A stretch of 64,000 bases of DNA from Candidatus Poseidoniaceae archaeon (GTDB taxonomy: Archaea; Thermoplasmatota; Poseidoniia; Poseidoniales; Poseidoniaceae). A program made the translations under genes and the position numbers. Shown piece by piece: positions 1 through 9,676 of the stretch (positions are counted from its first letter, which is position 1; each line of letters begins with the position of its first letter). The notes beneath the pieces are model-generated. The model worked only from the letters and a program-made list of their open reading frames with translations, was not told where the DNA came from and made no database searches. The stretch lies in contig CALHIR010000005.1 of NCBI GenBank assembly GCA_938030705.1, positions 132,909 through 196,908 on the forward strand, written 5' to 3'.

Positions 1-2110
1 TTTGGTAAATCTTCCGACCTTCTTCGACTGCGTGAACAATGTTCGCAAAGTTGTCATCTTGAAGCACCATATCGGCAGCATCCTTGGCAACGTCGGTTCC
101 AGCGATGCCCATGGCAATACCGATGTTGGCACCGGAGAGGGCGGGTGCATCGTTCACACCGTCGCCCGTCATGGCGACAATCTCGCCCTGCTCTTGGAGT
201 GAAGAGACGATTCGCATTTTCTGGTCGGGCGTGACACGAGAATAAATGGCGACCTCACCGGAGACTTCCCGTAGTTCATCATCGCTTAGGGCGGCGAGGT
301 TTTTGCCATCCAACGGACCTCTGCCCGAGGACGTAATGTCAAGTTCACGCCCGATGGCGGCGGCTGTCATTTGTTGGTCACCGGTGATCATCTTGACTTT
401 GATACCAGCGCGCTGGCATGTTTCGATGGCTGCCTTGACCTCCGGTCGGGGAGGGTCCATGATCCCAATAAGTCCCAGGAAAATCAATTTGGATTCCATA
501 GACTGGAGCGACTCAACATCCTCGCCGTCCTCGACCCGGCGAGCAAATAGTGCGATGACGCGCATCGCTTGTGACCCCATGTCGTTGTTGAGATGAACGA
601 TGCGCTCTTGGTCATCTGATGAGAGATCAACAATTTGATTGTCAACAATTTTTGAGGTTGCAAGTTCACTGTAGCCGCCGGCGCTCCCCTTGGAAAACAC
701 CCATTTCTCGCCCTCGTATTCATGAATGACACTCATGCGCTTTCGCACCGAATCAAAGAAGAATTCATTCACACGAGGATGGCGATGTGAGAACTTCTTG
801 ACGTCACCGTTGATTTTCCAACCCGCTACGGCGCATGCAGAGTCCGTCGGGTCACCGATCGCCTGCCAGTGGCCTTCGGTTTTGACAATGTTGGAATTGT
901 GGCACAGAGCGAGGCATGCCCCGAGAAGACGAAAACCAAGGTCTGCCTGGTGGGATTGGAGATCTTCGTCGGAGAGAGCGACCCCGTTTCGAACAAGGTT
1001 ACCGTTCGGTTGGAACCCTTCGCCAGTGACGCCGTAATCACCGTCAAGTGTGTGAATTTGCCTGACGGTCATCTGATTTTTCGTCAACGTCCCTGTTTTA
1101 TCGGAACAGATAACCGTGGTTGAACCCAGAGTTTCCACCGCTTTCATTCTGCGAATAATCGCTTTGTGTCGAGCCATATTCCTCATGCCAAGGGACAAGG
1201 TGATGACCAAGATGATCGGCAAACCTTCTGGCACAATCGCTACAAAGATGGCAATCGCCACAATGAATTGTTCAACAACCACTTCACGCAGGTCGACGTT
1301 CGGTTTCCCATAGGAAACAAGCAAGTTCAACGAAACGAGTAATACAGCGACTATGAGGGCGATAAAGCCAAGGAATTTACCGAGGCTTTCCAATTTTAAT
1401 TCCAGCGGTGTTTTTGGTGTTTGAGCCTCGGCAATGTTGCTCGCAATTTTACCGAGTTCAGTTTGCATACCTGTGGCCACGACCAGTCCCAATCCGCGAC
1501 CGGAGGATACGGTGGTCCCCATGTACGCCATGTTGTTTCGGTCTGCCAGAACCGTGTCCAAGGACAGGGCTTCGGTTTTCTTGCTGATGGTAAGGGATTC
1601 ACCTGTCAAGGCGGATTCGTCCACCTTGCATTGTTGCGACCACAAAAGTCGGACGTCAGCTGGAACATTGAGTCCTTGTTCGAGGCGAACGACATCACCA
1701 GGTACCAGGTCGGATGTTGGCACCTCGCTTTCATAATCCCCACGAATAACCACACAATTCGAAATGGACATTTGTTTCAGGGAGTCCATGGCCTGTTCGG
1801 CTTGGCTTTCCTGCCAAAACCCAAAGAAAGCATTCGCCGTCAAGACAATGAAGATGAAAATAGCATCGCCTGGATGGTCAGGTTTGATGGCTAACGCAAC
1901 CAAGGCGGCGCCGATGAGCAGGTAGTTCAAAGGGTCATTGTACTGCGATAGAAAACGGAGGAAAGGGGAAGTTTTCTCTGGCTCGGCCAGTTTGTTCAAC
2001 CCAAATCGTTCTTGGCGACGTAGGACCTCATCGATATCTATACCGCTCTCAGTGCTCTCTTGAGCCATGAGGCAGTCTTTCGCAGAGAGATTGTGCCAAT
2101 GTTCATCCAT
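1..2110 (-). CDS. P-type cation-transporting ATPase (SERCA-like, type II), 3'-partial with the C-terminus beyond the window start. It is not in the ORF track because no stop codon lies inside the window.
   Basis: A continuous minus-strand reading frame runs from ATG at 2110..2108 (alternative 2068..2066) to position 1. It contains the DKTGTLT phosphorylation motif (revcomp of ~1081-1125), TGES, PEGLP, MITGD (revcomp of ~361-420) and GDGVNDAPAL (revcomp of ~100-140). The N-terminus 'MDEHWHNLSAKDCL..DIDEVLRRQERFGLNKL' resembles the SERCA N-terminus. Confidence 0.85.
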   Translation of the reverse strand, partial: MDEHWHNLSAKDCLMAQESTESGIDIDEVLRRQERFGLNKLAEPEKTSPFLRFLSQYNDPLNYLLIGAALVALAIKPDHPGDAIFIFIVLTANAFFGFWQESQAEQAMDSLKQMSISNCVVIRGDYESEVPTSDLVPGDVVRLEQGLNVPADVRLLWSQQCKVDESALTGESLTISKKTEALSLDTVLADRNNMAYMGTTVSSGRGLGLVVATGMQTELGKIASNIAEAQTPKTPLELKLESLGKFLGFIALIVAVLLVSLNLLVSYGKPNVDLREVVVEQFIVAIAIFVAIVPEGLPIILVITLSLGMRNMARHKAIIRRMKAVETLGSTTVICSDKTGTLTKNQMTVRQIHTLDGDYGVTGEGFQPNGNLVRNGVALSDEDLQSHQADLGFRLLGACLALCHNSNIVKTEGHWQAIGDPTDSACAVAGWKINGDVKKFSHRHPRVNEFFFDSVRKRMSVIHEYEGEKWVFSKGSAGGYSELATSKIVDNQIVDLSSDDQERIVHLNNDMGSQAMRVIALFARRVEDGEDVESLQSMESKLIFLGLIGIMDPPRPEVKAAIETCQRAGIKVKMITGDQQMTAAAIGRELDITSSGRGPLDGKNLAALSDDELREVSGEVAIYSRVTPDQKMRIVSSLQEQGEIVAMTGDGVNDAPALSGANIGIAMGIAGTDVAKDAADMVLQDDNFANIVHAVEEGRKIYQ

Positions 2111-2268
2111 ACCAATTCCCCCGGGTTCAAGGCGGCGCCTCAAAAACAAATTATGCTAAATCGTCCGATTATTAACATTGATGATAAAAGCCCCACAGAT
2201 TTTCACACCATCAACAAACATCCTCAACCCTGCGTAGGCTATACCTACCGGAACCAACTGGAAGCGAC

Positions 2269-4314
2269 ATGAGCGGGCTGAATGAACCCTACATCCCGGC
2301 CCATGAATCACCCCTTGAACTCACCACTCGGGTGGTCTTGGTGGGCATCGTGTTGGGTGTCTTGATGACCGCCGCCAATGCCTATCTCGGCCTCTATGCC
2401 GGCATGACGGTCTCTGCGAGCATACCGGCGGCGGTCATGTCGATGATCATCCTCCGAACGATGTTCAAAGATGTTTCAATTCTTGAAAACAACGCCGTCC
2501 AAACCATGGCATCCGCTGGCGAATCGCTTGCAGCTGGCGTGATTTTTACGGTTCCAGCCCTTCTGGTCATGAACATATGGACTTCGATTCAATGGATGGA
2601 GACCCTCATCATCGCTACCCTTGGCGGCCTCTTAGGCACCATGTTTACCATCGCATTGAGACGTTTGTTCATCGTTGAAGAAGCCCTTCCATATCCAGAA
2701 GGCGTCGCTTGCCGAGAGGTGTTGGTTGCCGGAGAAGAAGGAGGTGATGGTGCTCTCGCCATCCTCTACGCTCTGGCCATCGGTGGAATCTACGGTTTGA
2801 TGGTCAAGGGCTTTGAAGTCACGCACCATACCGTTGAGGGCGCCGTTTCCTTCGTTTCTACACGGCTCTATGCGGGGATGGATTTGTCCATAGCCTTGCT
2901 GTCGGTAGGCTACATCGTGGGTATTCGAATCGCTTCATTCATCTTCTTTGGTGGCGTCTTGGGTTTTGGATTACTTGTTCCGATGTACGGTCTAATTTAC
3001 GGATGGCCAGCCACCGACTCCTTGGTGGATGGATTTTACAGCATCTGGTCCACACAAGTTCGGTATGTTGGCGTCGGGGCCATGGTCGTAGGTGGTGTTT
3101 ACACCCTCTGGTCCATGCGGAAGACCATCTTCACTGGTTTGTCCAAAGCCTTTGTCAAAGCCGATGAAGATCAAGGCGAATTGCTGCGGACCGAACAAGA
3201 CATCCCGATGAATCGTGTCTTCATGGTCTGTGGTGTTTTGGTCGTCCTGACATTCTTCTTCTATTGGTGGGCCACAGAATCCTTTGTCTTGGCCATCGCT
3301 GGGGCTCTTTTCTTGGCCTTCGTGGCCTTTTTCTTTGCGGCGGTGGCGGGCTACATTGCAGGCGTGGTCGGATCATCCAATTCGCCTGTTTCCGGCATGA
3401 CCATCGCTACGCTACTTTTCACGGTGGGCCTGGTCTACATCGTTGGCGATGTGTTCCTTGGTATGGCCAAGCAAGACCTGATGTATGCGACCTTGCTTAT
3501 CGCGGCCATCGTAGCCTCAAGTGCGGCGATTGCTGGAGACGTGATGCAGGACCTCAAGACCGGCCACATGCTTGGTGCTACACCAAAGCGACAACAAGTC
3601 GCAGAAATCATCGGTGTATTGACCGGAGCCGTCGTTATTGGTCCCGTCTTGTCCCTCCTCCACGATGCGTTTCGAATCTCGCAAACGGCGTGCCAACTCA
3701 ATCCCCTACCTGGCGACCCAACGTGTTCCAAAGCCCTTTTTGCTCCCCAAGCCGAACTTATCGGGGCCATCGTGCAAGGTGCGTTTGGTGGCGATTTAAA
3801 CATTCAAATGGTGGTGTTGGGCGCCGCCATCGCTGTTGCTCTCATCCGCCTGCAGATGCCCGTGATGAGCGTCGCCATCGGCATCTATCTCCCGCTTGGT
3901 TTGTCCGTTCCCATCATGACAGGAGGTATCATCTCCCACGTTCTCTTGAGGAGTGCTCATCTCCGAGTGGATGGCGTTTTGCGGAAACAACCGTCTGAAA
4001 AAGCCATCAAAGCGGCCAAAGATGTTGAGAGTCGCGGTGTCTTGATTGGCGCTGGATTCATCGCAGGCGAATCCATCATGGGTGTTTTGATCGCCGTGTT
4101 GATCGTCGCTAAAATCGACCTTCCCGAAATCTTTGGCATCGGTACGCTCAACAATCCATTTTCGCTGTTATTCTTCGTTTGGTTCGTTGGCGTGTTCATT
4201 TGGCTGGCTGCTCGGGCGCTCCCCAAAGGCGGTAGCCTCGCCGGCGATACGGTGATGGTCGTGGCCAATGCGATGCGAAACATGCTCGATGCCCTCCAGC
4301 CTAAAAAGCGTTGA
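2269..4314 (+). CDS. OPT-family oligopeptide/metal-chelate transporter
   Basis: 681 aa polytopic membrane protein. The N-terminal 'ANAYLGLYAGMTVSASIPAAVMSM' region is typical of the OPT superfamily. Long uninterrupted ORF. Confidence 0.7.
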   Translation: MSGLNEPYIPAHESPLELTTRVVLVGIVLGVLMTAANAYLGLYAGMTVSASIPAAVMSMIILRTMFKDVSILENNAVQTMASAGESLAAGVIFTVPALLVMNIWTSIQWMETLIIATLGGLLGTMFTIALRRLFIVEEALPYPEGVACREVLVAGEEGGDGALAILYALAIGGIYGLMVKGFEVTHHTVEGAVSFVSTRLYAGMDLSIALLSVGYIVGIRIASFIFFGGVLGFGLLVPMYGLIYGWPATDSLVDGFYSIWSTQVRYVGVGAMVVGGVYTLWSMRKTIFTGLSKAFVKADEDQGELLRTEQDIPMNRVFMVCGVLVVLTFFFYWWATESFVLAIAGALFLAFVAFFFAAVAGYIAGVVGSSNSPVSGMTIATLLFTVGLVYIVGDVFLGMAKQDLMYATLLIAAIVASSAAIAGDVMQDLKTGHMLGATPKRQQVAEIIGVLTGAVVIGPVLSLLHDAFRISQTACQLNPLPGDPTCSKALFAPQAELIGAIVQGAFGGDLNIQMVVLGAAIAVALIRLQMPVMSVAIGIYLPLGLSVPIMTGGIISHVLLRSAHLRVDGVLRKQPSEKAIKAAKDVESRGVLIGAGFIAGESIMGVLIAVLIVAKIDLPEIFGIGTLNNPFSLLFFVWFVGVFIWLAARALPKGGSLAGDTVMVVANAMRNMLDALQPKKR

Positions 4315-4392
4315 CTGCGCCGAAATCCCACAGATATATCCGGCACAACCATCAAAGGCCATCCATGCAGGCCTAGGGGTGTTGGTGAGGAG

Positions 4393-5217
4393 ATGACAAG
4401 CACAAATGAACTGAGAGAACTTGCACGAAAATGTCGAGTCCATATCGTCAACATGGTGCATCGTGCACAGGCCGGCCACCCGGGTGGTTCGCTCTCAGAA
4501 ATCGACCTCATGGCAGCGCTTTACCAAACCACCCTCCGTGTTCGTCCCGAAGAACCAGATTGGGACGACCGAGACCGATTCATTCTTTCAAAAGGTCATG
4601 CGTCTCCCGGCATGTACGCTATTCTTGCGGAAATGGGCTTCATTTCCGTTGAGGATTTGGAATCTTACCGAGTCCTCGGGGGAATTTGTCAGGGCCACGT
4701 GGACATGAAATGGTGCCCAGGGGTTGATTTCTCCGCAGGTTCTCTTGGCATGGGGCTCTCGTTTGGCATGGGTTCAGCCATCGCAGGACGATTGGAAGGG
4801 AGTGAACGCCAAATCTACGTGATGCTCGGCGATGGTGAAATCCAAGAAGGAAGTGTTTGGGAAGCGGCCATGGCCGCAGCCCATCACGAACTTGGTAACC
4901 TCAATGTCATTTTGGACCGAAATCGTATCCAAAACGATGACTTTTGTGAAGCACAAATGCGCATGTTTGACATTCCGGCAAAGTGGAAAGCCTTTGGATG
5001 GAACGTTAAGGAAATCGACGGACACAACATGGAAGAAATCGTAGACGGCTTAGGCTTTCTCAAGAACACCAACGACGGCCCATCCATCTTGATCGCTCAC
5101 ACCGTCAAAGGCCATGGCGTCTCGTTCATGGCCGACAACCCAGCGTTTCATGGCGCCGCACCTAACGACGAGCAATATGCGCAGGCCATGGCTGAACTCG
5201 GCGAGGTGGTCGCATGA
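4393..5217 (+). CDS. tkt: Transketolase, N-terminal (TPP-binding) subunit
   Basis: GHPGGSLS and GDGEIQEG thiamine-diphosphate binding motifs. 274 aa, as in archaeal split transketolases. Its stop overlaps the next start (ATGA). Confidence 0.9.
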   Translation: MTSTNELRELARKCRVHIVNMVHRAQAGHPGGSLSEIDLMAALYQTTLRVRPEEPDWDDRDRFILSKGHASPGMYAILAEMGFISVEDLESYRVLGGICQGHVDMKWCPGVDFSAGSLGMGLSFGMGSAIAGRLEGSERQIYVMLGDGEIQEGSVWEAAMAAAHHELGNLNVILDRNRIQNDDFCEAQMRMFDIPAKWKAFGWNVKEIDGHNMEEIVDGLGFLKNTNDGPSILIAHTVKGHGVSFMADNPAFHGAAPNDEQYAQAMAELGEVVA

Positions 5218-6152
5218 CCAACATGGCGGCTACACGAGACGGCTATGGCCAAGCCCTTCTCGAACTCGCTTCCAATCCGAAAGTGGTCGTCCTTGAGGCC
5301 GACCTCGGGAAATCCACCAAGTCCCTCCACTTTCGAAAGGCCCACCCTGAACGAACCGTTTCTTGTGGAATCGGAGAGCAAAACATGCTCCTTGTCGGAG
5401 CAGGGCTCGCAGCATCAGGCTACATCCCATTTGCAAGCACCTTTGCTATCTTCACCGAACGAGCTTTTGAACAGATGCGAAACGGTGTTGCACGACCAAA
5501 CCTTGCCGTCCATGTTTGTGGAAGCCATGGCGGAACCCACACGGGAACCGACGGTTCTTCGGCCCAGTCCATAGAAGACCTGGCCATTTACCGAACCTTA
5601 CCCAACGTGATTGTCATGCATCCAAGCGACATTGTCTCAACGAAGATACTGACCATGCAACTGGCCGAAACAGGTTCACCATCCTACACCCGAACAGCCC
5701 GTAACAAGACACCCGTCCTTTACGAAGGCCGGGAAAACGAAATCAAAATCGGGAAGGGCATTGTTCTCAAGGAAGGGGCCGACGTGGCCATCGTCGCTTG
5801 TGGCGTGATGGTATCGCAATCCATTGAGGCCGCTGAAGCCCTCGCCGCAGAAGGCATCAACGCCACGGTGGTCGATATGCACACCCTCAAGCCATTGGAC
5901 GGCGCCCTCATTGACCGTTTGGTCGCCTCGTGTGGGGCCATTGTGACCGCAGAGGACCACAACGTCATTGGCGGACTTGGCGGAGCCGTTGCCGAGTACA
6001 TGACAAGCAACACCTACGCGCCGTTGGAACGAGTTGGTGTGCAAGACCGGTTTGGAGAGTCGGGTCAGGCCGATGAAATGTTGGAGGTCATGCAAATCTC
6101 GACACCCTACATCGCAGAAGCAGCCAAGCGGGCCATCGCACGCAAGGGCTGA
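5214..6152 (+). CDS. tkt: Transketolase, C-terminal (pyrimidine-binding/transketolase C) subunit
   Basis: 312 aa translationally coupled to the N-terminal subunit. Matches the Tkt C-terminal half ('GEDGPTH'-like 'GSHGGTHTGTDGSSAQ', 'FEQMRNG'). Confidence 0.9.
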   Translation: MTNMAATRDGYGQALLELASNPKVVVLEADLGKSTKSLHFRKAHPERTVSCGIGEQNMLLVGAGLAASGYIPFASTFAIFTERAFEQMRNGVARPNLAVHVCGSHGGTHTGTDGSSAQSIEDLAIYRTLPNVIVMHPSDIVSTKILTMQLAETGSPSYTRTARNKTPVLYEGRENEIKIGKGIVLKEGADVAIVACGVMVSQSIEAAEALAAEGINATVVDMHTLKPLDGALIDRLVASCGAIVTAEDHNVIGGLGGAVAEYMTSNTYAPLERVGVQDRFGESGQADEMLEVMQISTPYIAEAAKRAIARKG

Positions 6153-6209
6153 AAAGCCCTCAAAACCCACAGGGGAGAGTTCATAGAACCTCTTTGATGA
6201 ACAGGGCTC

Positions 6210-6869
6210 ATGGAGTTCTTCCTTGACACCGCTGACGTTGACGAAATCAAAGAAATCGCCGCCTGGGGCATCCTTGACGGCGTGACCACCAACCCGTCCC
6301 TTATCAAAAAATCAGGAAGGGATTTCAAAGAAGTTGTACGAGAAATCGCCGGCATTTGCTCGGGACCGATTTCCGCTGAAGTGACCGCTATGGATACAGC
6401 CGGCATGGTTGAACAAGGGCGTGCCCTAAAGGCAGAACTCCCACCCAACGTCATCATCAAGATTCCATGCACACCCGAAGGCCTTGCTGCGACAAAAATT
6501 CTGACCGAAGACGGTATTGATACCAACGTCACGTTGATCTTCTCAGCATCACAGGCGCTCATGGCCGCGAAAGCCGGAGCAACCTACGTCTCGCCATTCA
6601 TTGGACGTATCGACGACACCGGCCACGACGGTATGGAACTCATCGCTGAGATCATGAACACGTGGGCCAATTACAATCTCGACACCAAGGTGCTTGCCGC
6701 CTCAGTACGTCATCCAACCCACGTCTTGCAGTGCATCCAACTGGGTGCACATACGGCCACCATGCCCGCCAAGACCTTCCGTCAACTCATGAGCCACCCC
6801 CTTACGGACCGAGGACTCGAAGGCTTCATGCGCGATTGGGCTGAAGTGGAAAAAGCCGGAAAGGCTTGA
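6210..6869 (+). CDS. tal: Transaldolase / fructose-6-phosphate aldolase family (short Tal)
   Basis: 219 aa with '[13 protein letters not shown]...GVTTNPSLI' and the catalytic-Lys region 'IIKIP'. Sits directly downstream of the tkt pair, giving a non-oxidative pentose phosphate pathway cluster. Confidence 0.85.
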   Translation: MEFFLDTADVDEIKEIAAWGILDGVTTNPSLIKKSGRDFKEVVREIAGICSGPISAEVTAMDTAGMVEQGRALKAELPPNVIIKIPCTPEGLAATKILTEDGIDTNVTLIFSASQALMAAKAGATYVSPFIGRIDDTGHDGMELIAEIMNTWANYNLDTKVLAASVRHPTHVLQCIQLGAHTATMPAKTFRQLMSHPLTDRGLEGFMRDWAEVEKAGKA

Positions 6870-6899
6870 TCTGAAATTTCCTTGTACTGTGTGTCGCCG

Positions 6900-6926
6900 A
6901 ATCCTCGGTGACCTAAACCGAGGATT
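6900..6926. other. Perfect inverted repeat (10-bp stem, 7-nt loop) about 30 nt downstream of tal. Possible terminator or RNA structural element.
   Basis: aatcctcggt-gacctaa-accgaggatt read directly from the sequence. No oligo-T tract follows. Confidence 0.25.
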
Positions 6927-6970
6927 ATCGTCCCCAAACGCTCTTATCCAACGCTTAGAGGTAAAAACGC

Positions 6971-7317
6971 ATGGGCGCATCCCCGTTTCTTCCACTGGTG
7001 GAACCAACAAAACCGATGCGACGTCATGACATTGACTGGCTAAGGGTCATCCTCTTTGGTTTGCTCATTTGGTTCCACTACGCCGTTTTTTCACTGGGTG
7101 CGCTCGAAGGGGAAGACAGCAGCATGGAGTTGTTCAACCTCCCATTGTTCTTCATCATCGGCGTGATGCATCAATGGCGGTTGGCCGCCCTGTTTGTCAT
7201 TTCAGGCATGGGAACGGCATTCGCTTCGTGGTTTCGTTGGTCTTCAACGCCCTTGCCGTGGGCATGATTCTGATGCTGCTCGTGTGGATCATCGGTGCAG
7301 ATGTTCTTTCAGCCTGA
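6971..7317 (+). pseudogene. Remnant of an acyltransferase-3 (OatA/OpgC-like) family gene, N-terminal about 100 aa only, frameshifted and truncated
   Basis: The 6971..7267 ORF has the acyltransferase-3 N-terminal motifs 'RRHDIDWLRVILFGLLIWFHY' and 'AALFVISGMGTAFASW'. The next TM helix ('RFVVSLVFNALAVGMILMLLVWIIG') continues in a different frame (ORF 7069..7317) and then stops. Only about 115 codons remain, against an expected ~350-400 aa for a full-length member. Confidence 0.5.
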
Positions 7318-7465
7318 GCCGTGTGGGTTTTGAACCCATCAACCGCTTCCGAACCGGGTGGGCGTTGGGGTGTCCTCCCTGCTTCATAGCATCAAACAGT
7401 ACTCGACAACCTGGCTTTCTTGCTCACGCTCAACTCTAGCAGAGTGTTAGGTGGATGAGCTTGCT

Positions 7466-8503
7466 TCAGCGAGAAGCGAGCGTGAGGTTCTTCCACATCT
7501 CTTCTGGAACTTCCATAGCGAGGCGAAGACCGCCCATGGCCCCCAAGCGAACGGGGTCGTCCACAACGTGAACGTTCACATCACCCATGTCGGAAAGGCG
7601 GCGCTCGATGAGGGCACCAAGTCCCTTGATGGAGGAACCGCCACCGGCGAGGACCATGTTCTTGCGGAACTCGTCGTGATATTCAGGGTTGGAACCGGCG
7701 ATGAGTTTCTTAACGTTCTCAACGATTGGGTCAACGATGGCTTCACAAGCGCGCTGCATGCAATCGGTGATGTCAAGGGTCATGGCCTTCCCGTCAATGG
7801 AGAAATCCACGAGAATGGGTTCATCCGGAGCGGAGGTCGAGACAAAGGAGAATTGCTCCTTCCAGCGCCGAGCCATATCCTTGGTGATTTGTGCGCCGTT
7901 GTACTTCGATTGAATTTCCTTGATGAGGGCGTTGTCAACGTAGTCGCCTGCGTAGCCTGTGTGCATTTGGTCGCCGGGACCGGGGATGGTTCCGTAGACA
8001 CGGCAAAGGTCGGTTGTACCTGCGCCGATGTCGATGACAAGGGTGTGGTTGATCATATCCAAGGCATAAGCCACGGCGAACGGCTCGGAAATGATCATAG
8101 CGGAGTTGACGGAACCGGCGGCAGCGTCAAAGATAGCGGTCTTGTCAACGTGACTGGCTTCAGCAGGTGCACCGATGACAGCAACAACCCGGTCGTACTC
8201 TTCAGGGTCTGAAAGACCGATGAGATGCGTGATGAAGTGAGCGATGAATTCTCGGTCTTCTGGTGTGTCCTTGATGACGCCGAGTTCAAGAGGACGGAAG
8301 AGGTTGAGGGCAAGGCGATTCTTCAAGGCCTCATGACCGAAGAGCACATCACGCTTCAGAAAGTTGCGAGCAATCGGGTCTTTGGGGGTACCAATAACCG
8401 TCAGTTCTTCCACTTCGTGACTGTCGGAGGAAACCATCACCGAGCGGAAGGTTCCCAAGTCAATTCCAATATACAACACGTCTTTTGCCATAGGCGTAAC
8501 CAT
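7466..8503 (-). CDS. Actin/MreB-family ATPase (archaeal actin homolog)
   Basis: 345 aa with phosphate-1 'GIDLGT', phosphate-2 'LVIDIGAGTTD' and adenosine motif 'LAGGGSSIKGL', in the order and spacing of the MreB/actin fold. Confidence 0.75.
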   Translation of the reverse strand: MVTPMAKDVLYIGIDLGTFRSVMVSSDSHEVEELTVIGTPKDPIARNFLKRDVLFGHEALKNRLALNLFRPLELGVIKDTPEDREFIAHFITHLIGLSDPEEYDRVVAVIGAPAEASHVDKTAIFDAAAGSVNSAMIISEPFAVAYALDMINHTLVIDIGAGTTDLCRVYGTIPGPGDQMHTGYAGDYVDNALIKEIQSKYNGAQITKDMARRWKEQFSFVSTSAPDEPILVDFSIDGKAMTLDITDCMQRACEAIVDPIVENVKKLIAGSNPEYHDEFRKNMVLAGGGSSIKGLGALIERRLSDMGDVNVHVVDDPVRLGAMGGLRLAMEVPEEMWKNLTLASR

Positions 8504-8614
8504 CTTTCGGATACCGCTTCACTTTATGAAGAGTCCCCACATTCATGATAGCATGAAATGCTGGATGCGCAAAATTTGCTTTCTATAGAACAGAAGACAG
8601 ATGAGGAGAAAAAC

Positions 8615-9676
8615 TCAACACCACTGTTCACAAGGGTGGCAATACCATGCAGCATGTTCGGGATACAATTCCGCCATCCCGCTGCAATTGGTGCACTCTT
8701 TCAGCGTGTTTTCTCCGCAAATTTCAACCACCATTTGCACATGGTAAGCATCGTCGATATTGAGTTGTTCTCGCATAGCCCAGAGAAGTTGGTCCTCACT
8801 CGGTGAGATGATGCCGTCCTCCAACACCATCTCAACCACGGTCCGGTAGTCCTGAATATTGGAAAAGTCTCGGTGGTCCAGCACAACACCGCCTTTTTCA
8901 GCAACGATATCCGTGCCACCAGGGTCGTCGACGAAGATGACAAAGGAAGCTGCTGAAAGGCTATCATCCTTCAATTCAAACGAGATCCGGACACCATCCA
9001 AGTTAGCATACACCAGTTTTGAGGAACGGTTGATCACGTTGGTAATAGAACGCGCGGTTGCCTCGGCATTTGGCCCACGCTTCCACCCCGTTGGACTGCG
9101 TTCGTTGAAGGCATAGAATTCTGTTCCCCGACCAGGATATTCAAGGCGAATCTCCTCGCCGCCATCAAAGCCATTTGAGACAATCGTGATGGCCGCTACT
9201 TCCGTCGAGAGGATGTTGTCCTCTTCATCAAAACTGATTAACAATGGCTTGCGTTCCTCCGAAGCAGGATTGTAGTGGCCTTGCATGCCGCTCATCCATT
9301 TGTCTTCCAACCGCTTCAAGGATTGCTCCTGCTCTCCCGTGAGGTTTTTGTTAATGCCGAGCACGTTGGCGAGTTCTCCGGAGGCCAGTTCTTGCTTAAA
9401 TTGCTGAATTTTTTCTGCATCTCTGTGATGAGTAGGAGGCTGAGGGCGTTTCCGCTCTTCTTTGTAATTCGGGTCGGCCCACTCATAGCCGCAGGAGCCG
9501 CATTGGAGGTATCCCTTCATCGTTGAATCTTGGGCGCTTCCGCCGCAACGAGGGCAATCACCATCTTCGTTGTAGCCAAGGTTGGCTTTGGCTTCCTCTC
9601 GCCCTTTCCTCATGCCCCCGAATCCTGCCATGAGCAGGTGGTGAACTTTAGGAAGTATGAATGCTTTGTTAATCAT
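8615..9676 (-). CDS. Hypothetical protein with N- and C-terminal zinc ribbons and an uncharacterised ~250-aa central domain
   Basis: 353 aa. N-terminal 'CPRCGG...(18)...CGSCG' and C-terminal 'CTNCSG...CHPCEQWC'. Its start overlaps the stop of the upstream DUF35-like gene by 8 nt. The alternative start at 9631 (MAGFGG) still overlaps nothing. Confidence 0.5.
   Translation of the reverse strand: MINKAFILPKVHHLLMAGFGGMRKGREEAKANLGYNEDGDCPRCGGSAQDSTMKGYLQCGSCGYEWADPNYKEERKRPQPPTHHRDAEKIQQFKQELASGELANVLGINKNLTGEQEQSLKRLEDKWMSGMQGHYNPASEERKPLLISFDEEDNILSTEVAAITIVSNGFDGGEEIRLEYPGRGTEFYAFNERSPTGWKRGPNAEATARSITNVINRSSKLVYANLDGVRISFELKDDSLSAASFVIFVDDPGGTDIVAEKGGVVLDHRDFSNIQDYRTVVEMVLEDGIISPSEDQLLWAMREQLNIDDAYHVQMVVEICGENTLKECTNCSGMAELYPEHAAWYCHPCEQWC

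Noticed and set aside
3264-3998. 244-aa Arg/Cys/His-rich plus-strand ORF
   Set aside because: It lies entirely inside the OPT transporter gene in another frame. Its composition is typical of a GC-rich shadow ORF.
7327-7341. tRNA T-arm-like hairpin (tgggtt-ttg-aaccca), considered as a tRNA fragment or att remnant
   Set aside because: No acceptor, D or anticodon arms can be built around it, and the loop is 3 nt rather than 7. It is most likely a simple hairpin.
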